A stretch of DNA of 60,733 bases, filler included. It is 5 parts of 5 records of this genome, joined end to end, with 100 filler letters (N's around TTAATTAATTAA, not from the genome) between each part and the next. Parts side by side here need not be neighbours in the genome. Positions count along the whole stretch, not along the records: positions 28,515 to 53,302 come from SRR2962707_2092; 4 more parts are not named here. One strand, written 5' to 3'. A program made the position numbers and the translations under genes. Of the stretch, positions 29,989 to 39,935 are shown one piece after another; positions within the stretch are counted from its first letter, which is position 1, and the number at the start of each line of letters is the position of its first letter. The notes under the pieces are model-generated. The model saw only the letters and a program-made list of their open reading frames with translations, was not told the DNA's origin and searched no databases.

Positions 29989-31311
29989 ATGATGATCATA
30001 AGTCATATTAAGCAATGGGTTTTGATGTGTTTGTTGATAGCGCCAGTTATTTTATGTGCGCAGGAGTTAGCATTTCCCGGTGCTGAAGGATATGGGAGTT
30101 TTACTTCAGGAGGAAGAGGTGGAAAAGTATTGATCGTCTCGAACCTCAATGACTCTGGTCCCGGAAGTTTGCGAGAAGCTCTCCGCAAAGATTTTCCAAG
30201 GATTATCGTATTTAGTGTTTCAGGAACTATCGAGCTAAAATCTACTTTGGATATTAATGATGGAAATGTGACCATCGCTGGCCAGAGTGCTCCTGGTGAG
30301 GGGATTACACTAAAAAATTACCCACTAAAGGTCAAAGGCAACAACGTGATTGTTAGGTACATCAGGTCACGTCTGGGTGATGAATATAAAGTGGAGGATG
30401 ACGCATTCAGCGCCACAAGAACACGAAACTTAATCGTAGATCATTGCAGTTTTAGTTGGAGTACAGACGAAAGTGCGTCCGTCTATGACAATGAATTAGC
30501 AACCGTCCAATTCTGCATTATTTCAGAAAGCCTTAATAATTCAGTTCATGCGAAAGGTGCGCATGGCTATGGTGGCATTTGGGGAGGAAAGAAGACAAGT
30601 TTCCATCACAATTTATTTGCACATCATTCCAACAGAAATCCACGTTTTCATGGCTCCAGATACCACAAAAAACCCGCTGAAGAGATAGCTGATTTTCGTA
30701 ACAATGTGATTTACAATTGGAAGAATAACAACAGCTATGGGGGAGAAGAAGGAAATTACAACGTGATCAATAATACCTACAAACCCGGTCCTGCCACCAC
30801 GGGTAAGGAAGATAAAATCCTGGATCCCTACAAACCGTATGGCCGCTTCTATCTGTCAGGAAATGTCTTACTGGGCAATGAAGAAGTTACGAATGACAAT
30901 TACGCAGGTGTTAATGGTGGTCAGGATATTGTCGACATCATCAAACTAGATGGAGAGATAGAGGTTGCACCTGTAACAACACAAACTGCCGCAGAATCCT
31001 ACAAGTTGGTATTGAAAGAAGTTGGAGCCAGCTATCAAAGAGATGTGATAGATGCACGCATCATCAAGGAAGTAGAAGAGGGCACCGCTACCTACGGGAA
31101 AAATGGCATCATTGACACACAAACTGAAGTCGGTGGTTGGCCATCATTAAAAACCGCTAAAGCACCTAAGGACTCAGACAAGGACGGAATGCCTGATAAG
31201 TGGGAAAAAGAAAGGGGACTGAACCCTGATAAAGATGATTCGGCAGGGACTGGTCTGAATGCTCATTACACTAATATTGAAGTTTATCTCAATGAACTGG
31301 TTCAAGATTAG
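29989..31311 (+). CDS. Pectate lyase (PL1, Bacteroidota type)
   Basis: AFPGAEGYG..TSGGRGG, GSLREA, TIAGQSAPG, IVDHCSFSWSTDE, RNPR and DSDKDGMPDKWE. Confidence 0.88.
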   Translation: MMIISHIKQWVLMCLLIAPVILCAQELAFPGAEGYGSFTSGGRGGKVLIVSNLNDSGPGSLREALRKDFPRIIVFSVSGTIELKSTLDINDGNVTIAGQSAPGEGITLKNYPLKVKGNNVIVRYIRSRLGDEYKVEDDAFSATRTRNLIVDHCSFSWSTDESASVYDNELATVQFCIISESLNNSVHAKGAHGYGGIWGGKKTSFHHNLFAHHSNRNPRFHGSRYHKKPAEEIADFRNNVIYNWKNNNSYGGEEGNYNVINNTYKPGPATTGKEDKILDPYKPYGRFYLSGNVLLGNEEVTNDNYAGVNGGQDIVDIIKLDGEIEVAPVTTQTAAESYKLVLKEVGASYQRDVIDARIIKEVEEGTATYGKNGIIDTQTEVGGWPSLKTAKAPKDSDKDGMPDKWEKERGLNPDKDDSAGTGLNAHYTNIEVYLNELVQD

Positions 31312-32170
31312 CGGTATCCTTATGCTGATGTCAAGTACATTACTTGCGCAGGTGCCACGAGATTCGTCCTACACAGTAGAAAGCACAGTAACCAAAGTGA
31401 GCAAATACTATCCCGATTTAACGATTGAAGGAGTGAGGCCAGTTAACCCTGTTTCAGTTAAGTCCGAAAGGCTGGATTCATATAAATCCATCCGCGATAG
31501 AAACCTGGTGGCGAATCTCTTTACACCTGAAAAGAATTCCAATGGGGTGGGAATTTTGCTAATTCATGGTGGCGGATGGCGCACCGGTCATCCGGGATTA
31601 ATGACGCCAATGGCAGAAAAACTATCAGAAGCTGGCTATTTTGTGATGGTGCCAGAATACCGGATGTCATTAGAGGCCGCTTACCCGGCTGCAGTCAATG
31701 ACCTAAGAGATGCGATCGCCTGGATGACTGAAAATAGACAATTGGAATCTGAACAGATTGTGGTCATGGGATGTTCAGCAGGAGGTCAATTGGCCGCTCT
31801 GATCGGAACCACACAAGCTGTAAAAGCCATTGTAGATATCGACGGAGTATTAGCATTCAAGCACCCTGATTCAAGTGAAGGATCTATGGCGGCCCAATGG
31901 CTTGGAGGTACTTACGATGAGGTTCCTGAAACCTGGGAAGAGGCGTCAGCATTATCTCATGTTTCCAATAAAACTCCACCAACATTATTTCTGGCGAGCA
32001 AATACCCACGATTTCTGGCTGGCCATAAAGAGTTCATGGAGAAGTTAACTGCTGCCGGGACGTATACTGAAATTCAATATTTGGAGAATGCACCACATTC
32101 ATTCTGGCTGCTGAGCCCATGGTTTGACCAAACAGTGAACTACATACTCGATTTTTTAAACAAAACCTGA
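31292..32170 (+). CDS. Alpha/beta hydrolase esterase (putative pectin acetyl/feruloyl esterase)
   Basis: Signal peptide, HGGGW, GCSAGG and PHSFWL; embedded in the pectin locus. Confidence 0.75.
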   Translation: MNWFKISGILMLMSSTLLAQVPRDSSYTVESTVTKVSKYYPDLTIEGVRPVNPVSVKSERLDSYKSIRDRNLVANLFTPEKNSNGVGILLIHGGGWRTGHPGLMTPMAEKLSEAGYFVMVPEYRMSLEAAYPAAVNDLRDAIAWMTENRQLESEQIVVMGCSAGGQLAALIGTTQAVKAIVDIDGVLAFKHPDSSEGSMAAQWLGGTYDEVPETWEEASALSHVSNKTPPTLFLASKYPRFLAGHKEFMEKLTAAGTYTEIQYLENAPHSFWLLSPWFDQTVNYILDFLNKT

Positions 32171-32194
32171 ATTAAATAAACTTTAAGAAACTAG

Positions 32195-33949
32195 ATGAAT
32201 CTGATTAAAAATATATTGAAGGGATCACGAATATTGGTTTGTATTGTGATGGGTTCATTTCTCCTGTTTACTTCATGTAATGGAGACACCACGGAAGTCA
32301 ATATTTCTGTAACTTCTATTTCTATTTCCGGAGACTTTATTGATGATGGAGGCACCAGCCAATTGACAGCTAATGTTTTACCGGAAGATGCGACCAATAA
32401 AACCATTGAATGGTCTGTTTCAAATGAATCAGTAGCCACCATTGATCAGAATGGCTTGTTGACAGCTGTCAGTAATGGTATTGTGACAGTAAAAGCCACG
32501 GCCACCGATGGTTCCGGTGTGGTAGGCTCAAAATCCATTGAGGTTTCCGGCATAGCTGGGCCAGTGATATTAGTAGAGTCTATTACGGTGGTCGGTTCGA
32601 ATATTACAAATGGTTTAGATCAGCAATTGAGCGTGAATGTACTACCATCAAACGCTTCCAATAAAGCGGTTACATGGTCCGTTTCTGATGAGGCTATTGC
32701 AGTGATCTCAACCGAGGGTGTTTTGGATCCAGTAGCCAATGGAACTGTAACAGTAACTGCCACAGCAGCTGATGGATCAGGAGTAATGGGGCAAAAGCAA
32801 ATTTCTATTTCAGGAGTAGTTGTGGTTGGAGATGGACAAGTTGTTGCAACAGCAGCTGAAATTCTAACAGCCATTAGCAATGCCAATGCTGGCGACAAAA
32901 TTTATATAAGGGGTGGTACCTATCAGTTCTCAGCTAAAATCAATTTATCTCGTGATGGAGAAGATGGCAACATGATTGAGCTTTTGGCTTACCCTAATGA
33001 TGAGACAAGACCATTGTTTGATTTCTCTGCCATGTCGGAAAATAGCTCTAACAGGGGATTGTCATTGGGGGGAGATTATTGGTATATCAAAGGAATAGAT
33101 GTATATGGAGCAGGGGATAATGGTATGTTTATTTCCGGTCACAACAACCTGATCGAGTTTTGCACCTTCTTCGAGAATGCTGACACTGGTTTGCAACTTG
33201 GGAATGGAGCATCAAACAATACCGTTTTGAACTGTGATTCCTATTACAATGCAGATTCGTCATTGGAAAATGCTGATGGTTTTGCTGCTAAATTGGATGT
33301 TGGGTCTGGAAATAAATTCATTGGATGCCGGGCCTGGCAAAACCTCGATGATGGTTGGGATGGTTATTTAAGAGGAGCAGACAATGTGACAACCTATTAC
33401 GAGAATTGCTGGGCTGTACGAAACGGTATTTTGAAAAATGGTAACGTGGGTGCAGGTGATGGAAATGGATTTAAAACAGGAGGGAGCGACGATAAACTAT
33501 TGAAACATAATGCTGAGTACAGGAATTGCATCGCCGCAGGAAATGTAGTTGACGGATTTGATCATAACAGCAACCGTGGTGAAGTCACTGTATTTAATGG
33601 AGCGGCTCACTCAAACGGACGTAATTTCAGTTTTGGGACAGGAAATATTGCTGCTTCATTGACAATTAAGAATACCATTTCATTCACAAGTGGCAGCACG
33701 GATCAATTAAATGCCACAACCACGGACATAACGAACAATAGCTGGCAAAATGGAATTAATGTTTCAGCTGCTGATTTTACAAGTATTGATATTGACCTGT
33801 TGCTAAGTGAACGTCAGGCTGACGGAAGCCTTCCTGATATCAGTTATCTCCATTTAGTTCAGAGTAGTGATCTGGTGAATGCAGGCGTAAATGTAGGATT
33901 GCCTTTCAATGGAACAGCCCCAGATGTTGGGCCTTTTGAAAGAGATTAA
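32195..33949 (+). CDS. PL9 pectate/rhamnogalacturonan lyase lipoprotein with two Ig-like (Big_2) domains
   Basis: Lipobox FTSC, two V.P..A.NK...WSVS.E..A repeats, and PL9 motifs ENADGFAAK, RAWQNLDDGWD and GDGNGFKTGG. Confidence 0.85.
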   Translation: MNLIKNILKGSRILVCIVMGSFLLFTSCNGDTTEVNISVTSISISGDFIDDGGTSQLTANVLPEDATNKTIEWSVSNESVATIDQNGLLTAVSNGIVTVKATATDGSGVVGSKSIEVSGIAGPVILVESITVVGSNITNGLDQQLSVNVLPSNASNKAVTWSVSDEAIAVISTEGVLDPVANGTVTVTATAADGSGVMGQKQISISGVVVVGDGQVVATAAEILTAISNANAGDKIYIRGGTYQFSAKINLSRDGEDGNMIELLAYPNDETRPLFDFSAMSENSSNRGLSLGGDYWYIKGIDVYGAGDNGMFISGHNNLIEFCTFFENADTGLQLGNGASNNTVLNCDSYYNADSSLENADGFAAKLDVGSGNKFIGCRAWQNLDDGWDGYLRGADNVTTYYENCWAVRNGILKNGNVGAGDGNGFKTGGSDDKLLKHNAEYRNCIAAGNVVDGFDHNSNRGEVTVFNGAAHSNGRNFSFGTGNIAASLTIKNTISFTSGSTDQLNATTTDITNNSWQNGINVSAADFTSIDIDLLLSERQADGSLPDISYLHLVQSSDLVNAGVNVGLPFNGTAPDVGPFERD

Positions 33950-33982
33950 AATGAATGTAGTGCTATTAACGAATAGAAAGAT

Positions 33983-35383
33983 ATGAAAGAGTTCCTCGGT
34001 AAAGATTTTCTTTTGAACAGCAAGACTGCCAGTGCCTTATATCATCAATATGCGGCAGATATGCCTATTATTGATTATCACTGTCACTTGTCGCCGAAAG
34101 ACATTGCTGAAGACAGGAAATTCAAAAACCTGACAGAAGCCTGGCTCGAAGGGGATCATTACAAATGGAGGGCCATGCGAGCGCATGGAGTGGACGAATC
34201 CTATGTAACAGGATCAAAATCTGATGAGGATAAGTTCATAAAATGGGCGGAAACAGTCCCACATACGTTACGAAATCCACTCTATCACTGGACGCACCTT
34301 GAGCTTCAGCGTTATTTTGGAATCCATGACATCCTGAATGCGGATTCAGCCAAAAAGATTTATGCTGAAGCTTCAGAAAAACTAAGTTCTGGGGAGCTTT
34401 CTTGTCGCAACATACTATTGAAGATGAATGTTGTAGCTGTCTGTACAACGGATGATCCGGCTGACGATCTGCAACACCATCTTCAACTACAGTCTGATGG
34501 CTTCAAAGTCAAGATCTTGCCAACATTCAGGCCTGACAAATTATATACGATAAAAGATCCAAAAGCTTACAAGAGCTATTTGGAGAAGCTATCGAAAGTA
34601 TCAGGTATTGAGATTCAGAATTATTCAACATTCTTGCAGGCCATTGCTCAGCGCATCGATTTTTTCCATGAAGTGGGAGGTAGGCTATCGGATCATGGTC
34701 TGGATCAACTCTATGATGTTGAATATTCACTTGCATTGACACAAGAGATATTTGATGAAGTTTCAAGCGGAAAGGTACCTTCAGAGCTTCGTCAGCAGCA
34801 ATTCCAAATGGGGATGTTGGTAGAGTTATGCAAAATGTATCATGCGAAAGGCTGGACACAGCAGCTTCATTTAGGAGCAATCAGAAATAACAATAAACGA
34901 ATGCTACGTGAGCTTGGCCCAGATACAGGTTTTGATTCGATTGGTGATTTTCCACAGATCAAGGCCCTAAGCCGCTTCCTCGATCAGCTCGATGATTCCA
35001 ATCAATTGGCTAAAACCATTCTCTATAACCTCAGCCCTGGGGACAATGAAGCCTTTGCTACCATGGCTGGTAACTTCAACGATGGTACTATCGCAGGTAA
35101 GATGCAATTCGGATCAGCCTGGTGGTTCCTGGATCAAAAGGATGGAATGGAGAAACAAATCAATGCCCTTTCCAATATGGGGCTTTTGAGCCGATTCATT
35201 GGTATGCTCACAGATAGTAGAAGCTTTCTATCGTATCCCAGACATGAGTATTTCAGACGAATCCTCTGCAATCTCATTGGCAAAGATGTAGAGAATGGGG
35301 AAATACCTAATGATATGGATTTGCTGGCCGGATTGGTCAAAGATGTGTGCTACAACAACGCTGAGAAATACCTGGGTCTGTAG
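33983..35383 (+). CDS. uxaC: Uronate (glucuronate/galacturonate) isomerase
   Basis: PIIDYHCH, DHYKWRAMR, NPLYHWTHLEL, GSAWWFLD and GMLTDSRSFLSYPRHEYFRR. Confidence 0.97.
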   Translation: MKEFLGKDFLLNSKTASALYHQYAADMPIIDYHCHLSPKDIAEDRKFKNLTEAWLEGDHYKWRAMRAHGVDESYVTGSKSDEDKFIKWAETVPHTLRNPLYHWTHLELQRYFGIHDILNADSAKKIYAEASEKLSSGELSCRNILLKMNVVAVCTTDDPADDLQHHLQLQSDGFKVKILPTFRPDKLYTIKDPKAYKSYLEKLSKVSGIEIQNYSTFLQAIAQRIDFFHEVGGRLSDHGLDQLYDVEYSLALTQEIFDEVSSGKVPSELRQQQFQMGMLVELCKMYHAKGWTQQLHLGAIRNNNKRMLRELGPDTGFDSIGDFPQIKALSRFLDQLDDSNQLAKTILYNLSPGDNEAFATMAGNFNDGTIAGKMQFGSAWWFLDQKDGMEKQINALSNMGLLSRFIGMLTDSRSFLSYPRHEYFRRILCNLIGKDVENGEIPNDMDLLAGLVKDVCYNNAEKYLGL

Positions 35384-35395
35384 GAGTTCATCTTT

Positions 35396-36343
35396 TTATT
35401 CCTTTGGATTCCAGTCTCCCAGTACATTTTTAAGTGTGTACTTACTGGCTTCTTCTTGGGATAAAACATGCGCCCAGTCTGCTCTAAGATCAGGTTGATA
35501 CCCAGGGCCACTGTTTTGAAACTCAGCGTAGTAAGCCGTTTTCTTCTTTTCTTCAGATCGCCACGGATCCCAACCATCCGGATGAATAACTTCACTTAAT
35601 TCGCAATTCATAAAAATGGTGTGCGCATAAGGTCTCCAAGGTCTGCCTAGAAAAACGGTTCCGGGCTCAGCATTACCGGTAATCTTACAGTTGTTGAAGA
35701 CAAACCCAAAAGGGGAGTCTTGCTCCGTAGAAGCAGCAGTTATGAATCCATATCGTTTGGTATAAATCTCACATCCTTCAAACCAGGCAGTTGACCAACC
35801 GAAGATGAAATCTACAGTACCCTCGATGTAGCAATTCTTGTAATACTGACGACTGTTTTTACCATGTGGGTAAAGGGTATCCTGGTTGCCTAGGAATCTG
35901 CAATTTTCAAACTTGACACGATCGCCATCCACACGAACAGCCACAGCCTGACTTCCTTCTCCGTAGGAATTTTCGAAAGTGAGGTCTTTCGCCTCAAACC
36001 CGTCACCGTAAATGAATATAGAAGAAGAACCGGATGTGCCAATGTTTTCCCCAAATCGATTGGGTTTACTGGCATAGTCATCATAGGTGAGGAGTGTCTT
36101 TTCAGCTCCCTCTCCGATAAAGGAGATGTTGGTTTTGGTTGACGGAATGATCAGTTTCTCTTTGTAGGTACCATCTTTGATGAGAATGTACGTACGATTA
36201 CTTCTGAGATGAGGTACGGCATCAATGGCATCCTGAACCAAACTAAAATCACCTGTCCCGTCTTTGGATACAACAAAATCAAATTCCTGGGAATAAGAGA
36301 TAATTGAAAAACACGTGATAAGGATGGCTAAAATGGATTTCAT
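35396..36343 (-). CDS. Pectin methylesterase (CE8)
   Basis: GTYKE, QAVAV, GNQDTLY, GTVDFIFG and LGRPW. Confidence 0.95.
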   Translation of the reverse strand: MKSILAILITCFSIISYSQEFDFVVSKDGTGDFSLVQDAIDAVPHLRSNRTYILIKDGTYKEKLIIPSTKTNISFIGEGAEKTLLTYDDYASKPNRFGENIGTSGSSSIFIYGDGFEAKDLTFENSYGEGSQAVAVRVDGDRVKFENCRFLGNQDTLYPHGKNSRQYYKNCYIEGTVDFIFGWSTAWFEGCEIYTKRYGFITAASTEQDSPFGFVFNNCKITGNAEPGTVFLGRPWRPYAHTIFMNCELSEVIHPDGWDPWRSEEKKKTAYYAEFQNSGPGYQPDLRADWAHVLSQEEASKYTLKNVLGDWNPKE

Positions 36344-37134
36344 TGCTTTACTGTTTTCAATGCTTCGTAAACCAACCCTGCCACAACTCGGGCACCCTCC
36401 GGTTGAAAGTGGGTGTTATCGTCCAAACCATCCGGGTAAGCTTCGTATTTCCCTGCGGGAAGGTTCATGAAATACTTCTCAGAAACATATTCCTTACCTT
36501 TTTCAGAAAAGGCATCCATACTAAGTTGATTCAGGTCGATGAATAATACATTCATCTCTTCTGCAATGGATAAGGCTGCACCGGAGTATTCTCCGTGCAC
36601 ATTCTCAAGATGACCGTCTTTCCATGGGTAATTCCTGCATACTGGTGTTAGGATGATCGGAATGGCTCCTTTCTCTCTTGTTTGACTAACATACAACCTG
36701 AGGAATTCCTTATAGCCTTCAATGTTTACATAGCGTTCTGTTTTCTTCTCTGCGGCATCATTGTGGCCAAATTGCATAAGCACCAAATCCCCTTTCCGCA
36801 ATGAGGAGTAAACAGACCTCCATCGGCCTTCCTGAAAAAATGTCCTTGTACTGCGGCCACCGCGCGCTCGATCATCAACGTAAACACTATCTGAACTGAT
36901 CAGCCCATTGAATTCTTTTGGATTCACGCTGGTGAAGAATTCCTGAAAGACCTGGCCCCAACCTGTGATAGGGTATCGGGTTTTCATGTAATCCTTGCCG
37001 GGATCATAGTTATTAGAATAGTCGGCCATGGTTGAATCGCCGATCAAATAAATAGTGGTGACCGATTGTTTCTGAGCGAACGAAGTACCCAAAACCAATA
37101 CCACCACGAAGAGTATTCGTTGTGTTAGTTTCAT
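36340..37134 (-). CDS. Rhamnogalacturonan/pectin acetylesterase (CE12)
   Basis: GDST, GWGQ, ARGGRSTRTF, QFGHND and DNTH. Confidence 0.92.
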   Translation of the reverse strand: MKLTQRILFVVVLVLGTSFAQKQSVTTIYLIGDSTMADYSNNYDPGKDYMKTRYPITGWGQVFQEFFTSVNPKEFNGLISSDSVYVDDRARGGRSTRTFFQEGRWRSVYSSLRKGDLVLMQFGHNDAAEKKTERYVNIEGYKEFLRLYVSQTREKGAIPIILTPVCRNYPWKDGHLENVHGEYSGAALSIAEEMNVLFIDLNQLSMDAFSEKGKEYVSEKYFMNLPAGKYEAYPDGLDDNTHFQPEGARVVAGLVYEALKTVKQ

Positions 37135-37874
37135 CTTTTGCCAGTCACTACTTGTTGTACAAGAGGCAGATCCAGTTCCTGAAGTCCATCCAGGACAAGC
37201 TGTGCCATTTTTCTTGCACCTAATTCGTTGAAATGTGTATTGTCTTCTTTTCCATTAGGGTAATTTGGATGCTCTCCGGGCTCCAGATGGTGAAAGAGTA
37301 ATTGCGACCGTTCCACACCCCATTCTTCTAACAATGCCATCGATTTTTTGGTCATGTCTATGAAAGGAACGTTCATTTCATCCGCTACCTCCCTGACCAG
37401 TTGAGCATATTCCTGATGTGAATCCTTCAGTTTTCCGTTTTCAAAAGAACGTCTGGTGACAGGGGTTAACAACAAGGGCTTGGCTCCTTTTTCTCTGGTA
37501 TCACTCACATATATCGACAGGTTGCTTTTAAACTCGTCAGGAGTGGTATAACGACCTACTTTCGAAGGAACTTCATCATTATGTCCAAACTGAATGAACA
37601 CATAATCATCTTTTTTTAGAGTCTTTAGAACATCTTTCCATCGACCCTCTTCCATAAATGATTTGGTGCTTCTGCCGTTTCTTGCCCGGTTGTCAACTTT
37701 GACGGTTTCATTGAAAAAGGTTTTGAAAGGCGTTCCCCAGCCCATTTCGGGAAAGGCATCAGGTGTTTTATCTGCACAGGTAGAATCACCAATAAGGTAG
37801 ATGACCGTTTGATCCTGCGTTCCGTTTAGAGAAACTACAACAAGGAAGAATGAGAGGAGGGAAGACCAGATCAT
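37131..37874 (-). CDS. Rhamnogalacturonan/pectin acetylesterase (CE12)
   Basis: GDST, GWG, ARNGRSTKSF, QFGHND and DNTHF. Confidence 0.92.
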   Translation of the reverse strand: MIWSSLLSFFLVVVSLNGTQDQTVIYLIGDSTCADKTPDAFPEMGWGTPFKTFFNETVKVDNRARNGRSTKSFMEEGRWKDVLKTLKKDDYVFIQFGHNDEVPSKVGRYTTPDEFKSNLSIYVSDTREKGAKPLLLTPVTRRSFENGKLKDSHQEYAQLVREVADEMNVPFIDMTKKSMALLEEWGVERSQLLFHHLEPGEHPNYPNGKEDNTHFNELGARKMAQLVLDGLQELDLPLVQQVVTGKR

Positions 37875-39529
37875 TTGATTTTCACACTTTTCTTGTTCAC
37901 ATTTTTGTCTACAATCACCTGAGTAGTTGCATCCTCAAAATCAGCCTTTTTAAGGTTGACGTTCTTGGTTTTAGCACCCATGACCCTGACAGCACGCTCA
38001 TCCGGCGATGTGGTTTTCAATCCTTCGAGATTGATGTTGCAGACATTGTAAAGGGTTAATGGAAGCCCCTTCTCAATATCGATGGACACGTTTTTAAAGG
38101 AAATGCCATCGGCATCAATCATCGAAATCCCCTTGTTGGCTTGCAGGTAGATGTTTTCCAGATTGATGTTTTGTAGATTCATTTCCGGCAGGCCTTGGAA
38201 ATAACCTGCCGTAGCGCACCCAACAGCACGTATGTCTTTCATCCAGATGTTTCTGAAGGAGGGGGTTTCCTCAGTGACAGGAACAGCTTCTTCATCAACA
38301 ACTGATGCAGTCTGATCTTCTTCAAGTACTGGAGACTGACCTCCATAAAATAAGTTAAACCGTATGGGTTCGGTAGGGATGTTGATCATGTCAATATTCG
38401 AGATATAAATGTTTTCAACAACACCACCTCTACCACGGGTACTTTTAAATCGTAGACCAGTATCCGTCCCGATGAAAGTACAATTGGATACATGTATGTT
38501 CTTCACACCACCAGACATCTCACTACCAACAACAAATCCGCCATGCCCATGATACACGATGTTGTTCTTAATGATGACATTCTCTGTTGCCATGCCTCTT
38601 GCTCGTCCATCTTCGTTTTTGCCTGATTTGATACAAATGGCATCATCGCCCACATCAAAAGTATTGTTGATAATCAGGACATTCTTACACGATTCAAGAT
38701 CCAGGCCATCACCGTTTTGCGAGTACCATGGATTGCGAACATTGATGTTTCGGATGATTACATTCTCGCACATCAGCGGGTGAATATTCCATGCAGGAGA
38801 GTTTTGAAAGGTTGGTCCATCCAGCAACACATTCTTAGAGTTGACAATGCTGATCATGACTGGCCGTAAGTAATCCCTGATTTCAGAAAAGTCCACTTTA
38901 GAAGGATCAGGTACATTGAAAAAACCTGCGGTAGCGTCAGCACCCTTCTTAAAGCCCTCTGAAGGATACCAAGTCTTTTTATCATCACTTAGCAGTCCAC
39001 CTTTGTTCAGCAAGGCCTTCCACTGTGATTCGGACACCTTGCTTTTCTTTACCAAACGCCAGGCATCACCATTGCCATCAATGGTTCCTTTTCCTGTAAT
39101 AGCTACATTTTCTAGATCCTTGCCATAAATAGGTGAGATGCACCTGTAAGTATTAAGCCCTTCGAAGCTTGTAGCAATGACTGGATAATCATCTTTATCA
39201 TCCGTAAACAAAAGAAGGGCACCTTCTTGTAGGTGGAGATTAATGTTACTCTTCAATAGGATTGGACCTGAAACCCATATTCCTCGCGGAACAATAACCT
39301 TTCCTCCACCTTGACCCGATAATTGGTCAATCGCTTTGGAAAAAGCCTCAGTGTTTTTGGTTTGGCCATCTGCAATAGCACCGAAATCCTTGATATTGGC
39401 TTCATTATCCGGGAAAGTAGGTTCAATCACCTTGGGCATGTCAAACTCAATATTTGAATACGGTTGCTCCTGACCGTACATCATGGTAGAGAAGACAATA
39501 AAGAGAAATAGGATGAAGGATGATTTCAT
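37871..39529 (-). CDS. Glycoside hydrolase family 28 (polygalacturonase)
   Basis: NSPAWNIHP, QNGDG, GDDAICIKSG, GHGG..GSEMSGG and RFKS. Confidence 0.93.
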   Translation of the reverse strand: MKSSFILFLFIVFSTMMYGQEQPYSNIEFDMPKVIEPTFPDNEANIKDFGAIADGQTKNTEAFSKAIDQLSGQGGGKVIVPRGIWVSGPILLKSNINLHLQEGALLLFTDDKDDYPVIATSFEGLNTYRCISPIYGKDLENVAITGKGTIDGNGDAWRLVKKSKVSESQWKALLNKGGLLSDDKKTWYPSEGFKKGADATAGFFNVPDPSKVDFSEIRDYLRPVMISIVNSKNVLLDGPTFQNSPAWNIHPLMCENVIIRNINVRNPWYSQNGDGLDLESCKNVLIINNTFDVGDDAICIKSGKNEDGRARGMATENVIIKNNIVYHGHGGFVVGSEMSGGVKNIHVSNCTFIGTDTGLRFKSTRGRGGVVENIYISNIDMINIPTEPIRFNLFYGGQSPVLEEDQTASVVDEEAVPVTEETPSFRNIWMKDIRAVGCATAGYFQGLPEMNLQNINLENIYLQANKGISMIDADGISFKNVSIDIEKGLPLTLYNVCNINLEGLKTTSPDERAVRVMGAKTKNVNLKKADFEDATTQVIVDKNVNKKSVKIK

Positions 39530-39665
39530 ACGTTCTAATTAAGTGAGTAATTGATATTCATAATGTCTGGATAATTGCTATTGCTCGAACCATCAGCTTT
39601 TGTAACTAACAAATTCACAAAAATTACCTTAAAAACAAGCTCAAATTAACGATTTAACAAAAAAA

Positions 39666-39679
39666 GTAATCGATTGCAC
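39666..39679. promoter_or_regulatory. LacI-type operator palindrome (GTAATCGATTGCAC)
   Basis: One of five copies of G[CTA]AATCGATT[GA]C, all outside annotated genes; lies between divergent GH28 and the large CE8. Confidence 0.7.
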
Positions 39680-39893
39680 AAAAATATTAAAATTAATTTA
39701 TAACATTTGTATGAATCGTTAAAATCCTTAATCCGCATGAGATTGAAGTTGGCCTCTAATTGCATCACTTCAGGAATACCTAAGTGGCTTCTAATGATCT
39801 TGATGTTATTTTTTGTAGCTATTTCACTATTTATTCCCCTTCTGTCAAGTAAGGGAAAGGGTAATTGTTAACGATATTTTTTTTAACCCTATG

Positions 39894-39911
39894 TGTGCAA
39901 TCGATTGCTCA
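39894..39911. promoter_or_regulatory. LacI-type operator palindrome (TGTGCAATCGATTGCTCA)
   Basis: Perfect core GCAATCGATTGC at 39897-39908, just upstream of the large CE8 start. Confidence 0.75.
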
Positions 39912-39935
39912 TAATTAACCTAAACGTTCTTAACT

